DNA of 32,000 nucleotides from Candidatus Thorarchaeota archaeon (GTDB lineage Archaea; Asgardarchaeota; Thorarchaeia; Thorarchaeales; Thorarchaeaceae): NCBI GenBank assembly GCA_008080745.1, contig SHMX01000006.1, positions 30,001 to 62,000 on the forward strand, given 5' to 3'. Within the stretch, counting starts at the first letter, position 1, and each line of letters opens with the position of its first letter. Positions 14,371 through 23,285 of the stretch are shown here, in pieces. Under the pieces are notes generated by a model that did no database searches, was not told the DNA's origin, and worked only from the letters and a program-made list of their open reading frames with translations. The position numbers were made by a program, and so were the translations under genes.

Positions 14371-15432
14371 TTAACTGAATACTTCCCTTACCAAATTATC
14401 TGTGTTCTTGAATGGATCGATATTGCCTTGATAATCTGCTAACTCGGCCCTGTATCTTTTCTCAAATTCAAGAGCAAACTTCTCCATTCGATATTTCATC
14501 TCAGGAATTGATCTTTCTACAATCAAAATACAGGTAAAGTCATCACGTCGATGAAACATGATTGTTCTAGATCCATGTTGAATCTCATCTAGACCACTAC
14601 GATCAGCTAAAATTTCTCCAATCAGATTATTGATACCACTCATTGCCCCGGCTACAAGGATGCTATCAGGAGCCTTCTCATCACCACCATTGGGTAAATC
14701 CACTTGTCTAAAAGTGAAGTCGACCATTGGAAGTGAAGCCTCAGCGTCTACTACCAACAGACGGTTCAAATCGAATAACCAATTCAGATCATCTGAACTA
14801 GGGATATGCCACCATGAAAAATAGAGCATCAGAACACCCACAAGAACTGTGAGATTCTTGATAACAAAAAAGACACCTGAATAATCAATTGCAACTATGA
14901 AGTTAGCAAATCCACTTAGGATGAATCCCAAAATGAACCAGACCTGAGGAAAATTAGCTTTTGTGGTTTCAAGTTCTAAAATTCGCTCGAGATAAGCTTG
15001 GGTTACATAAACAATTGCAATCGAAAGTCCTATGAAGACCAAATACCCAATTCCCACCAATATAGATACTATTAATGACAAAATCGTATATATTATGCTG
15101 AATGCCGTCATTTTTGGTTTTCTTTCTTCAAAGACCGCTTGGTCCATCTCCATAGCGAAAACAAAGAAAATGATACCTACAATCCAAGTGCCATTGCCAA
15201 TAAGATCAGATAAGGTACTATACATACCCATATCATAGAGAAAAGGGAGAGAACTGGTAAAAGTATAGACTGCAAAGGTCAGAAGGTAGACGGAAAGACC
15301 AGTAATGCTGGATACTATTTTCTTACTACGACGCAATAATCCTGCGGCAATAGCACCAAGAATGAAAGCCACCATGTAAGTAGAGGTAACAGTCAAATCC
15401 CGTAGTAAGATCTCTGTGATTTCGACTTGCAT
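14371..15432 (-). CDS. 7TM membrane domain fused to a C-terminal longin-like domain
   Basis: Seven hydrophobic segments at nt ~14810-15400. The C-terminal domain LNRLLVVD...DSILVAGAMSGINNLIGEI...LDEIQHGSRTIMF...FALEFEKRY...GNIDPFKNTDNLVREVF is the Asgard longin pattern. ATG 15432 has a purine-rich SD. Confidence 0.8.
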   Translation of the reverse strand: MQVEITEILLRDLTVTSTYMVAFILGAIAAGLLRRSKKIVSSITGLSVYLLTFAVYTFTSSLPFLYDMGMYSTLSDLIGNGTWIVGIIFFVFAMEMDQAVFEERKPKMTAFSIIYTILSLIVSILVGIGYLVFIGLSIAIVYVTQAYLERILELETTKANFPQVWFILGFILSGFANFIVAIDYSGVFFVIKNLTVLVGVLMLYFSWWHIPSSDDLNWLFDLNRLLVVDAEASLPMVDFTFRQVDLPNGGDEKAPDSILVAGAMSGINNLIGEILADRSGLDEIQHGSRTIMFHRRDDFTCILIVERSIPEMKYRMEKFALEFEKRYRAELADYQGNIDPFKNTDNLVREVFS

Positions 15433-15497
15433 AATACCTTCTCCCTTATGAGTATCGAACAATTATTACTCAAATTAAATAATCTTATCGAAGCATA

Positions 15498-16181
15498 TTA
15501 TTTCTTCCACGCCCAATGTACTGCAGAAACACCTGGAGGGAGGAGCATCCATTGAACTTGTTTAAAACCAATATCACACAATATTTTGGAAAGAACAGGT
15601 GCTGTAAAAAATTCAATCATGGAATCCGATAAAAATCCATAGTGACGCATCCTTCCTGTAAGCAATCTACCTAGGAATTTCACAATAATTTTAACATAGA
15701 CAATCATGAGGAGTTCAAAGATTTTCCTCTGCGGAATTGTGGTTTCAAGGTTAAGAAATAGTCCACCTCTCCGTAACACCCGTTTAAACTCTTTCAAGTA
15801 ATATTTCAATCCATCAACACTATTGTATAAATTTCTGGTTGCAAATGATATGACGACTAGATCAAAGGTGTTGTCTTCGAAGGGAAGTTTTTCAGCATCA
15901 GATAATATGAAAGTGGCATTAGCAGTCGGTATCCTTCGCTTGGCTTTGTCTATCATTGGCTTTGAGAAATCAACTCCGACAATTTTACCTTGATGGACTT
16001 GAATAATTTCTATGGTCATATCACCCGTTCCACAGCATATGTCAAGCATGCAGGTAATAGGAAAACCTGAGGTGCTTCGCGCAGCTATTTTTCGCCAGAC
16101 ATTATCAAGACCTAATGTAAAAGACCTATTTGCGGACTCATAAAAAGGTACAATTCTTGAATAAATCGATTTTAGAGCCAT
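15498..16181 (-). CDS. UbiE/MenG family SAM-dependent methyltransferase
   Basis: Motifs include YESANRSFTLGLDNVWRK, LDICCGTGD, DAEKLPFEDNTFDLVVISFATRN and RVLRRGG. The start is 16181 or 16232. Confidence 0.85.
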   Translation of the reverse strand: MALKSIYSRIVPFYESANRSFTLGLDNVWRKIAARSTSGFPITCMLDICCGTGDMTIEIIQVHQGKIVGVDFSKPMIDKAKRRIPTANATFILSDAEKLPFEDNTFDLVVISFATRNLYNSVDGLKYYLKEFKRVLRRGGLFLNLETTIPQRKIFELLMIVYVKIIVKFLGRLLTGRMRHYGFLSDSMIEFFTAPVLSKILCDIGFKQVQWMLLPPGVSAVHWAWKK

Positions 16182-16236
16182 GAGTCTATCACTTAATACT
16201 ATTATAGCTATTTCAATTCCTATAGAGTCCAACTAA

Positions 16237-18585
16237 TTACTGATTTGACCCGGATTTTAGATAGATATCAACTTTCGTACCACCTAGATTTGATGACGAT
16301 ATTTCAATCCATCCTCCATACTCTTCTGCGATTTTTCTGATAAGATAGAAACCAATTCCAGATAGATTACCTATGTGATCCTCAATATCTCCAGATAGAA
16401 TGGACTTAATTATTCTCGTCGGTATTCCTACTCCATCATCCTCAACTCGGATAAGAATGTAGTCACCTGTGTCCTTTGTCATTATCTGGATATGAGAACC
16501 CTTTGAATGTATTACTGCGTTTGCGATTACATTCGTAAATAGTGGTTTGAGTAATCCACCACCCACAACTTGAATTTCACTATCCGAATCTTTGAATTTG
16601 ACACATATACCCACCTCTTCAGCGTGCAGCTCGTACTCACTTATAATTTCTCGTAAGATTGGAATTATAGAAACTGTATCCAATGCCTCACTATCGACCT
16701 GATATAGCATTTGTATTCTTTCAATCAATCGATTTTGCTCTGATGTAGCATGCAAAGCTTTGTTAATTATTGATGACTGATTTTCAGAGAGTTCTGTATT
16801 CTTCAGCAGGTCGAGATAAGTCTGAACTACAAAAACCTTGTTTTTCATGTCGTGTCTAAGCAGAGAGTATAAAAACTCGCGACGACGTTCAGCTTCAAGT
16901 TGGTCTCGAATATCACGGATTAGCCCGATATGTCCTTGAATATCACCATCTTGATTTTGATAATAGAAAACATTGGTTTCACCAGGAAATACTTCTCCAG
17001 ACTTGGTGGAATAATCCACTATGTAGAAGAAATTAGAATCTGTACTATATTGAGACAGTAGTTCTCCAAGCTCTTCGTATTGCACCTCATTGCTGTAAAG
17101 ATATTTTGTCTTCTTACCCTTTATTTCTTCAAGAGAATATCCAAATAGGTCGGTAAATGCGGAATTACAGTTTACTATTTCTCTGTCTTTATTTGTTACC
17201 AGAATAGCATCACGAATACTATGAAATAGAGCTTGATACCGGTCTTGGCTTTCAAGATATGCTTCCTCGGCTTGTCGATGCTGAATCATCTCTGAGAAGT
17301 GACTCACTATAGTCTCGATGGCTGCTGAATGTCGAATCTCAGTCTCTGCAGGAAGATATATGGTTACGCTTCCATAGGGTCTTCCCTCCAAAGCAAATCC
17401 AACAGTGTATACATTTTCAATACCCAGTTTTTTCATGATCGAGTCACTTCTCTCTTTAGGTATTGATTTTGGAATAAGGTCTGACAATCCGTTTGGAACA
17501 TACTCAAGCTTTCCACTAAGTGTATATTTGCTCAAGTGTTCTAAATCACTGGGACTCACATCGATGGGTTCAGAAGAGCCAAAGAAATACTCCATATGTG
17601 ATTCTGCATCCTCTAGTCCCGCTATTGTACGAAGTCGAATACGGTCAATTTTTCTATCATAGAGTGTAACAGTAACAAAGCTATTTGGAATGGTATCACA
17701 TATCGCTTGAGCAATATATTCACATATTTCCTCTACATCGTTCAATCGACTTGCTTCAACAATTGTATCATTAATCATCTGTAGTTCAGATATGTACTGT
17801 TTTCGTTCATTTTCAGTCTCAAGCCTTTTTGATATATCCTGGGCAACCGCCAGAATCATGGGTTGGTCATTAAGACGTATTGCAGTAATATGAATCTCAG
17901 CATCATATTCTGTTCCATTCTTTCGACGATGCTTACTTGTTATCTTCCTACGATCGCCAGTCTTTAGTTTCAGCCAAAGATGCGCTCTGTCATCACGACG
18001 AATAGAAGTTGAATCGATGTCTGCAACGGCCATACTAAGAAGTTCATCACGAGAGTACCCTGTGTTTCTGCATGATTGCTCATTCACCATTACAATATTT
18101 CCATCAAGATCGTGAATGAACACACCATGTGGTAAATTCTCAATAGCCATTCGAAATCGTTCTTCGCTCTCTTTTAGCTCTTTCATTGTTTTAAGCTGGT
18201 CTTTCTCAGCCCTATAGTGTTTGATTTCTTGGATAATTACATCTGCAAGCAACTTGTATTGTGCCTTCAAGTCAGAACTCTTCTGTAGATACCGATTAGC
18301 TCCAATGTTCAATGCCTTCATAGCGACTTCTTCTCTACCCCTCCCTGTTAGCATGATGAATGGAATATCAGATTTCTTTCGAACGCATCGTAAAAACTCG
18401 AGTCCATCAATATTTGGCATCATATAATCAGAAATAATCAGATCGTACTTGTTTTCTTCCAAAAGCTCAAGAGCATTTGAAACTGAATCAGAACACTCTA
18501 CAACGAAACGATCATCCTGTTTCATTAGAAATCGTCTTGTGATTTCTAACATATCGGGTTCATCGTCTACATGTAGTATCCTCAT
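16237..18585 (-). CDS. Hybrid sensor histidine kinase (REC-PAS-GAF-like-PAS-HisKA-HATPase)
   Basis: REC motifs are HVDDE, ISDYMMP and MLTGRG. Two PAS domains follow. H-box LLRHDMKN, N-box NVIANAVIHS, G1 VEDDGVGIP and G2 GIGFYLI are present. ATG 18585 has a GAGGAG SD. Confidence 0.92.
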   Translation of the reverse strand: MRILHVDDEPDMLEITRRFLMKQDDRFVVECSDSVSNALELLEENKYDLIISDYMMPNIDGLEFLRCVRKKSDIPFIMLTGRGREEVAMKALNIGANRYLQKSSDLKAQYKLLADVIIQEIKHYRAEKDQLKTMKELKESEERFRMAIENLPHGVFIHDLDGNIVMVNEQSCRNTGYSRDELLSMAVADIDSTSIRRDDRAHLWLKLKTGDRRKITSKHRRKNGTEYDAEIHITAIRLNDQPMILAVAQDISKRLETENERKQYISELQMINDTIVEASRLNDVEEICEYIAQAICDTIPNSFVTVTLYDRKIDRIRLRTIAGLEDAESHMEYFFGSSEPIDVSPSDLEHLSKYTLSGKLEYVPNGLSDLIPKSIPKERSDSIMKKLGIENVYTVGFALEGRPYGSVTIYLPAETEIRHSAAIETIVSHFSEMIQHRQAEEAYLESQDRYQALFHSIRDAILVTNKDREIVNCNSAFTDLFGYSLEEIKGKKTKYLYSNEVQYEELGELLSQYSTDSNFFYIVDYSTKSGEVFPGETNVFYYQNQDGDIQGHIGLIRDIRDQLEAERRREFLYSLLRHDMKNKVFVVQTYLDLLKNTELSENQSSIINKALHATSEQNRLIERIQMLYQVDSEALDTVSIIPILREIISEYELHAEEVGICVKFKDSDSEIQVVGGGLLKPLFTNVIANAVIHSKGSHIQIMTKDTGDYILIRVEDDGVGIPTRIIKSILSGDIEDHIGNLSGIGFYLIRKIAEEYGGWIEISSSNLGGTKVDIYLKSGSNQ

Positions 18586-18743
18586 CCAATTTCTCCTCAT
18601 TACCCATAACTGTCAAAAAGATTTCATTTGCTCGCTTTTCACCAGTTCAAGACAAATTTTCAGTTAGCTTTGTTTAGAATTGTAAAATATGCATATATTG
18701 ATTCCGTGAGTATAGAGGCATTGATTGTTTAATTGAAGTCCAA

Positions 18744-20360
18744 TCAAGAATTTGGTTCAGAATATCTAGACTCGATTCTGTTTCTATGGATTGTGTTATA
18801 TGTGCAAAAAGGAATGATTGTTCCTTCAGGAGTTGCATAGTTTATGGTGCAATGCTGGACCCGCTCCAAGTCGATATTCCAGCCATCCATGAAATGCATC
18901 ATACCAAGCATCACAACCCTGTGCATAAATGATGCTAAGGAGTCATAATCGCCCCGATTGAGAAAAGCGGAGATTATATCTTTCATGAAGGAACGCTTCT
19001 TTATGTGTCGCATAAAACCTGCGAGTTTTAATTTCGCCCTTATCCCTCGGAATCTTTTCCTATCTGCATAGAGTTCACAAATATCTTCCAATACTTCCAT
19101 TAATTTTTCAATATCAAGTACTTCAGTTATTGGATAATACGTTCCATCGGGATCTATGAATAGGAAAGTTGCCATCCCGCAGGCAAAGTGAGAATGGAGT
19201 TCAACAGTTGGAACTCCCTTCATTAGACCGAGAGCTCGCCCTACACCCATCATTGAAGCGACTGGATACCAATCACCTGCTTTTACTTTTCCACCAGTCT
19301 GCTCTTCTATTGCGTGAATTGCATCAGGAATAGTGATACGCATTCTTTTTCGTTCTTCATAATCGATTCTACCAGTGATGCTAACAGGTTGGAAGTTGAT
19401 ACATCGAACAATATCACGGTTGTCAATAGCATATTGAACAATATCACCTAATTCTTGATCGTTAGTTCCTTTCACTATTGTAGGAACCAATACCACTCCA
19501 TCCAGCCTTATTTCCCTACAATTGTCAAGAACTTTATCTTTAACTGCTCTTAGATCTCGGCCTCGAGCCTCAAGATACGGTTTTTCTGAGACCCCGTCAA
19601 ATTGGAGATAGATAGTGTTCATCCCTGCATCCATAAGAGATTTGAGATAGTCCGCACCTTTGGACATTCTAATACCATTGGATGCAACCATGATATGGTT
19701 GAAGCCAAGCTGCTTTGCCCATTTGACATACTGAGGTAAGTTGTCACTGACTGTAGGTTCACCTCCTGCAAATTGAACAGCAGGACTCGGAACAGGAAGA
19801 TTGCGTCTCAATGTCTTAAGCATCTCAAGTACCTGTTCCGGTGTGGGTTCATAGATAAGACCAGATTCAGCTGCATTAGCAAAACAAATTGGACAGCGCA
19901 TATTACATCGATTGGTCACATCAATGAGACCCAATGCAGTATGTGCTAGATGCTGTTCACAAAATCCACAATCATTTGGACAGCCCTCAGATGATTTGTT
20001 TCGTGGATTATCAACCCCAACGGATGTGTACCAATATTTCATCACCCGCCTGAACATATCTGCATCAGACCAATATACATCAGTGAAGGAGCCATGTTTC
20101 TCACAGCTTTTTGACATTAATACCTCGCCATTCTCTTCAAATACTGTGGCAGGAATTACCGTGATTTCGCTATGCTCTAAGAGACATATGGGGCATATTG
20201 ATTGGGTTTCGTAAGGTAAATCCTTCGCCGGATATTTGGTCATACGGTATCGTTCGAGGTCCTCAGGATCGTGACGTTCCTCTTCAAGAGGTATTCTGCT
20301 CAATTCCTCCTCCATTGATTTTCCATCCATGACTTGCTTAAGGGGAGTAGTAGTATTCAC
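18744..20360 (-). CDS. tes: Tetraether lipid synthase Tes / GDGT-MAS (MJ0619-like) radical SAM enzyme
   Basis: N-terminal CPIC...CEKHG metal site, GCPNDCGFCEQH, radical SAM motif DVTNRCNMRCPICFANA, QFAGGEPT, IYLQFDG, NFQPVS, MHFMD and YATPEGTIIPFCTYN. These are collinear with MJ0619 as I recall it. Confidence 0.8.
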   Translation of the reverse strand: MNTTTPLKQVMDGKSMEEELSRIPLEEERHDPEDLERYRMTKYPAKDLPYETQSICPICLLEHSEITVIPATVFEENGEVLMSKSCEKHGSFTDVYWSDADMFRRVMKYWYTSVGVDNPRNKSSEGCPNDCGFCEQHLAHTALGLIDVTNRCNMRCPICFANAAESGLIYEPTPEQVLEMLKTLRRNLPVPSPAVQFAGGEPTVSDNLPQYVKWAKQLGFNHIMVASNGIRMSKGADYLKSLMDAGMNTIYLQFDGVSEKPYLEARGRDLRAVKDKVLDNCREIRLDGVVLVPTIVKGTNDQELGDIVQYAIDNRDIVRCINFQPVSITGRIDYEERKRMRITIPDAIHAIEEQTGGKVKAGDWYPVASMMGVGRALGLMKGVPTVELHSHFACGMATFLFIDPDGTYYPITEVLDIEKLMEVLEDICELYADRKRFRGIRAKLKLAGFMRHIKKRSFMKDIISAFLNRGDYDSLASFMHRVVMLGMMHFMDGWNIDLERVQHCTINYATPEGTIIPFCTYNTIHRNRIESRYSEPNS

Positions 20361-20647
20361 TGATAACTAGGTATCGCTATATCGACACATACTCTCCGTT
20401 CCTACTGAGTGAAATTTGTACTTATTACTCTGTTTCTTTATAGATAAATTGATGATTGAGAAAATGATATCCTGAATTGGATGAAGACTAGTGATTTGAT
20501 TATTAGGTATTGTTGCAAGATACACCATCACTAACTTGTTTATGCTCTATACATGGTTGTGCAGAATCTAACACTATAACTCTCGCAAATAAATGCCCAT
20601 TATTATTACTCAAATTAGCTAATTTGGATGTAACCGCTCCATATAAT

Positions 20648-21037
20648 TCAGTACCAAACGGTATCCTCCCTATTTTGTAATAGTATCCGAAGACACTCAA
20701 TATCTCGATATTTTTCTCTATATTCTTGAGGCACCCCAATGGGGATAGAAACTTCATCTTCGTCATCGATGTATACAGCTTTCAAAGCGGGACAGTGGAA
20801 TAAAGGACCCACATCTAGATTCCTAGGAGGATTATCGTACAGTGATATCTATAGAAGATGTTGATTTCCAGCCAAAGGAGTTAGATCTACAGTTTGAAGA
20901 TTATCTCCAAGTGTGAGCTTTTCAAGAGGACATTGTGCGATTGGGGATAAGTCAATCTTCTTGACAACTGAATGTATCTCAAGTCTTCTAAGAATACTAT
21001 CCTGAAGGGGTTTCAAACAGCTGCTAAAAACTTGGAC
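20648..21037 (-). pseudogene. 5'-truncated LRR gene remnant with in-frame TAG
   Basis: Manual translation gives ...LRRLEIHSVVKKIDLSPIAQCPLEKLTLGDNLQTVDLTPLAGNQHLL*ISLYDNPPRNLDVGPLFHCPALKAVYIDDEDEV...REDTVWY*. The internal TAG is at 20849-20851 and another TAG lies upstream at 21038-21040. No start codon or N-terminal part was found. Confidence 0.75.
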
Positions 21038-21165
21038 CTATCTGGACAAAAAACGATAGGAGCTTATATATTGCGTTCCAGATTGATATCTATTGCAGAG
21101 AATTTTTCTGACCTCTTATAGGACTCAGTAGAATAATATATCTTCTCTATTGATTAAAAGGCGTA

Positions 21166-21768
21166 TTATTTAACAGGATGTCGAATTACGGTCTTTATTT
21201 TTGATGACTCGGTCCTACTAGGATCATTGAGATAGATCTCATGGTACTTTCCATGTAATTGATATCCACATTTTTTGGCATGGCTGTGTATCTTATCTAT
21301 AGAGGATTGTTTAGTGCTATGAGGGCCAATATGAAGAATCTGAACTGATTTCCCCTCATGGAGTGAATCAAATCGTACCTGCTCTATTGCAGCAGGATTC
21401 TTCTTCTCAGTGACTGAAACAATCGCTCTGTTGAATATATCTTCCGTCACTCGATCTGGTTGCATTATCATACTTATCCATGAAAATTCGTCCTTATTAT
21501 CCAATGAGAAATCCTCACCATCGACCCAAAAAAGACCTTCAAGCGGCATAACTTCATAGTCGTAGTTCTGATTCCTAAGCATAGAGCTGATGGTATAAGA
21601 AACTGCGAATAAGGCCTCGATTGCATCATGATAATCTTGTGAGATATCGGGGTTTCCCTTTCCATCAAACATGACGAACTTCATCTGCGGAACAATAACG
21701 ATTACGGGAACAGCAGGAGAAGGTTGATACAAGACCTTTAGAGCATTCTTGAAATCAATCTTTGGCAT
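21166..21768 (-). CDS. GyrI-like small-molecule-binding domain protein
   Basis: Motifs include LYQPS, DGKGNP, PLEGLFW, WISMIMQPD, EGKSVQILHIGP, HEIYLNDP and KTVIRHPV. Confidence 0.85.
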   Translation of the reverse strand: MPKIDFKNALKVLYQPSPAVPVIVIVPQMKFVMFDGKGNPDISQDYHDAIEALFAVSYTISSMLRNQNYDYEVMPLEGLFWVDGEDFSLDNKDEFSWISMIMQPDRVTEDIFNRAIVSVTEKKNPAAIEQVRFDSLHEGKSVQILHIGPHSTKQSSIDKIHSHAKKCGYQLHGKYHEIYLNDPSRTESSKIKTVIRHPVK

Positions 21769-21841
21769 TTTAATCCTCCGTAATATTTGTGTTCTCGACT
21801 TCTATTGATACATTGCACCTCATAATGGTACCTATTACTAA

Positions 21842-21856
21842 GTTCAATAATTGAAC
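21842..21856. promoter_or_regulatory. 15-bp palindrome GTTCAAT-A-ATTGAAC in divergent promoter
   Basis: Perfect 7-bp arms between the divergent GyrI-like and DUF1028 genes. Confidence 0.3.
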
Positions 21857-21912
21857 AGATTGATGATGCGTTAGTGGGTAAATTGATTTGCATTTTTGAC
21901 TAAACGGATATC

Positions 21913-22806
21913 ATGACCTTTTCAATTGTAGCAGTTGACATCGAAAGTAAAGAAATCGGTTTTGCAATTGCTTCATGCACATGGGATGCTGGAATGGTTG
22001 GCACAGCTAAGGCTGAGAAGGGCGCCTTATGTTCACAAGCTCAGGGTTACTTTCCGTTTCATTCGGTTCTTTACGAAAAAATTGATGAAGGTATGAATCT
22101 AGAACAGATATTCGAAGAGTTCAAGAAGATAGACGAGAATATTGAGAATCGTCAAGTAGGCATGGTTTCTTTTTCAGGTGAGGTTTTTGCGTTCACAGGA
22201 AGTGAAAATGATGAATACGCAGGTCACATCATTGGAGATTCTTATGCATGTCAAGGAAATATCTTGACTGGGCCTGAAGTGCTTGAACACATGTCACAAA
22301 CATTCGAGTCTAGTGATGGGATGTTAGCTGAGAAACTCTATGCAGCCCTCCAAGCTGGCGATGATGTAGGTGGAGATATTCGTGGAAAAATGAGTGCACG
22401 TGTATTAGTCAAAAAAAAGAACGGTTCGGACTTAGAAGACACATACATAGATCTAAGAGTTGAAGACCACGACGAACCCGTTAAAGAGATTGGACGCCTT
22501 CTTGCTGTTAGAAAGAAGATATTCAATGCGTATCTGGCAATGAGAAAAGTAATGGAAACCGGGGAGAGGGATAAAATTGTTGCTTTAGAGGAGATGCAAG
22601 AATATCTCTCAGATAAAGTGGATAGAACTGTCATCGATTATCACTCGTTTCTCGCTGATGAGTTCCTTCAAATGGGACTGGAAGAAGAAGCAATTAATTC
22701 CTACCAAGATGTGCTTACCATTGCACCAAAATTAATCAGGTCCTTGAAGAAACAGGTGAAGTCTGGACATATACCAAAGTCAATCTTTGAGAAGATAGTT
22801 GAGTAA
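21913..22806 (+). CDS. DUF1028 family Ntn-hydrolase-like protein with helical (TPR-like) tail
   Basis: Motifs include MTFSIVAVD, RQVGMV, AFTG, CQGNILTGPEVL, ALQAGDDVGGDIRG and DLRVEDHDEPVKE. The C-terminal helices include LADEFLQMGLEEEAINSYQDVLTIAP. Confidence 0.85.
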   Translation: MTFSIVAVDIESKEIGFAIASCTWDAGMVGTAKAEKGALCSQAQGYFPFHSVLYEKIDEGMNLEQIFEEFKKIDENIENRQVGMVSFSGEVFAFTGSENDEYAGHIIGDSYACQGNILTGPEVLEHMSQTFESSDGMLAEKLYAALQAGDDVGGDIRGKMSARVLVKKKNGSDLEDTYIDLRVEDHDEPVKEIGRLLAVRKKIFNAYLAMRKVMETGERDKIVALEEMQEYLSDKVDRTVIDYHSFLADEFLQMGLEEEAINSYQDVLTIAPKLIRSLKKQVKSGHIPKSIFEKIVE

Positions 22807-22891
22807 GTAACACAGATATCGACAATATACGAATGAAGAAAATCGGACTCACCCGATTCTTCAATATAGTTAAATAATATGCTCGAAAATA

Positions 22892-23278
22892 TTGGTTATG
22901 ATTAAGAAGATTGAGAAAACCATAGAGTCCGGTCGAAAACAATCTCGTAAGTTAGCTTTAGTAATTAGGATATCAGTCATCCTCTTCTGTTTTTTTCAAC
23001 TATTGATTTTGAACTTTGATATAAAGACTCCAGATTATATCACCACGTATCTATTTCTTGTGTTAGGGATGGCACCAAATATAATTGGATTATCTCATGT
23101 GATTCCCACTATTTCCACTAAAATAGAAAAAATACCAAGATACATTAGAAATCCTTACGAGTGTTCAACTTACAGCCTGAAAAGGAGAATTGTGTTAAAT
23201 CTTGACTTCAATACAAATCATGAATACAATCATAATGTAGTTGTTATACTCGAACAAAAATCACCGGAGATTAATTAG
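22892..23278 (+). CDS. Possible small membrane protein (doubtful)
   Basis: A 128-aa ORF fills an otherwise empty gap and has two hydrophobic segments. No motif or clear SD. Confidence 0.3.
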   Translation: MVMIKKIEKTIESGRKQSRKLALVIRISVILFCFFQLLILNFDIKTPDYITTYLFLVLGMAPNIIGLSHVIPTISTKIEKIPRYIRNPYECSTYSLKRRIVLNLDFNTNHEYNHNVVVILEQKSPEIN

Positions 23279-23285
23279 TAGTAAC

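Noticed and set aside
20503-20766. 87-aa minus-strand ORF
   Set aside because: It overlaps the LRR remnant in a different frame and has no motif, so it is probably spurious.
20849-20851. In-frame TAG in the LRR remnant as pyrrolysine or stop-codon recoding
   Set aside because: TAG ends several apparently complete genes here (4047, 14303, 27289, 28044), twice as part of tandem stops. The remnant also lacks its 5' end, and no pyl genes are in the window. Nonsense mutation is the simpler explanation.
21300-21345. Divergent HIGPHSTK in the GyrI-like protein (family usually HxGPYxxE) as a sign of decay
   Set aside because: The rest of the protein is intact and well conserved. One motif deviation judged by eye is not enough evidence.
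22807-23285. Possible degraded minus-strand membrane gene under the doubtful 22892..23278 ORF
   Set aside because: Manual translation gave only short hydrophobic fragments with several stops and no recognisable family.
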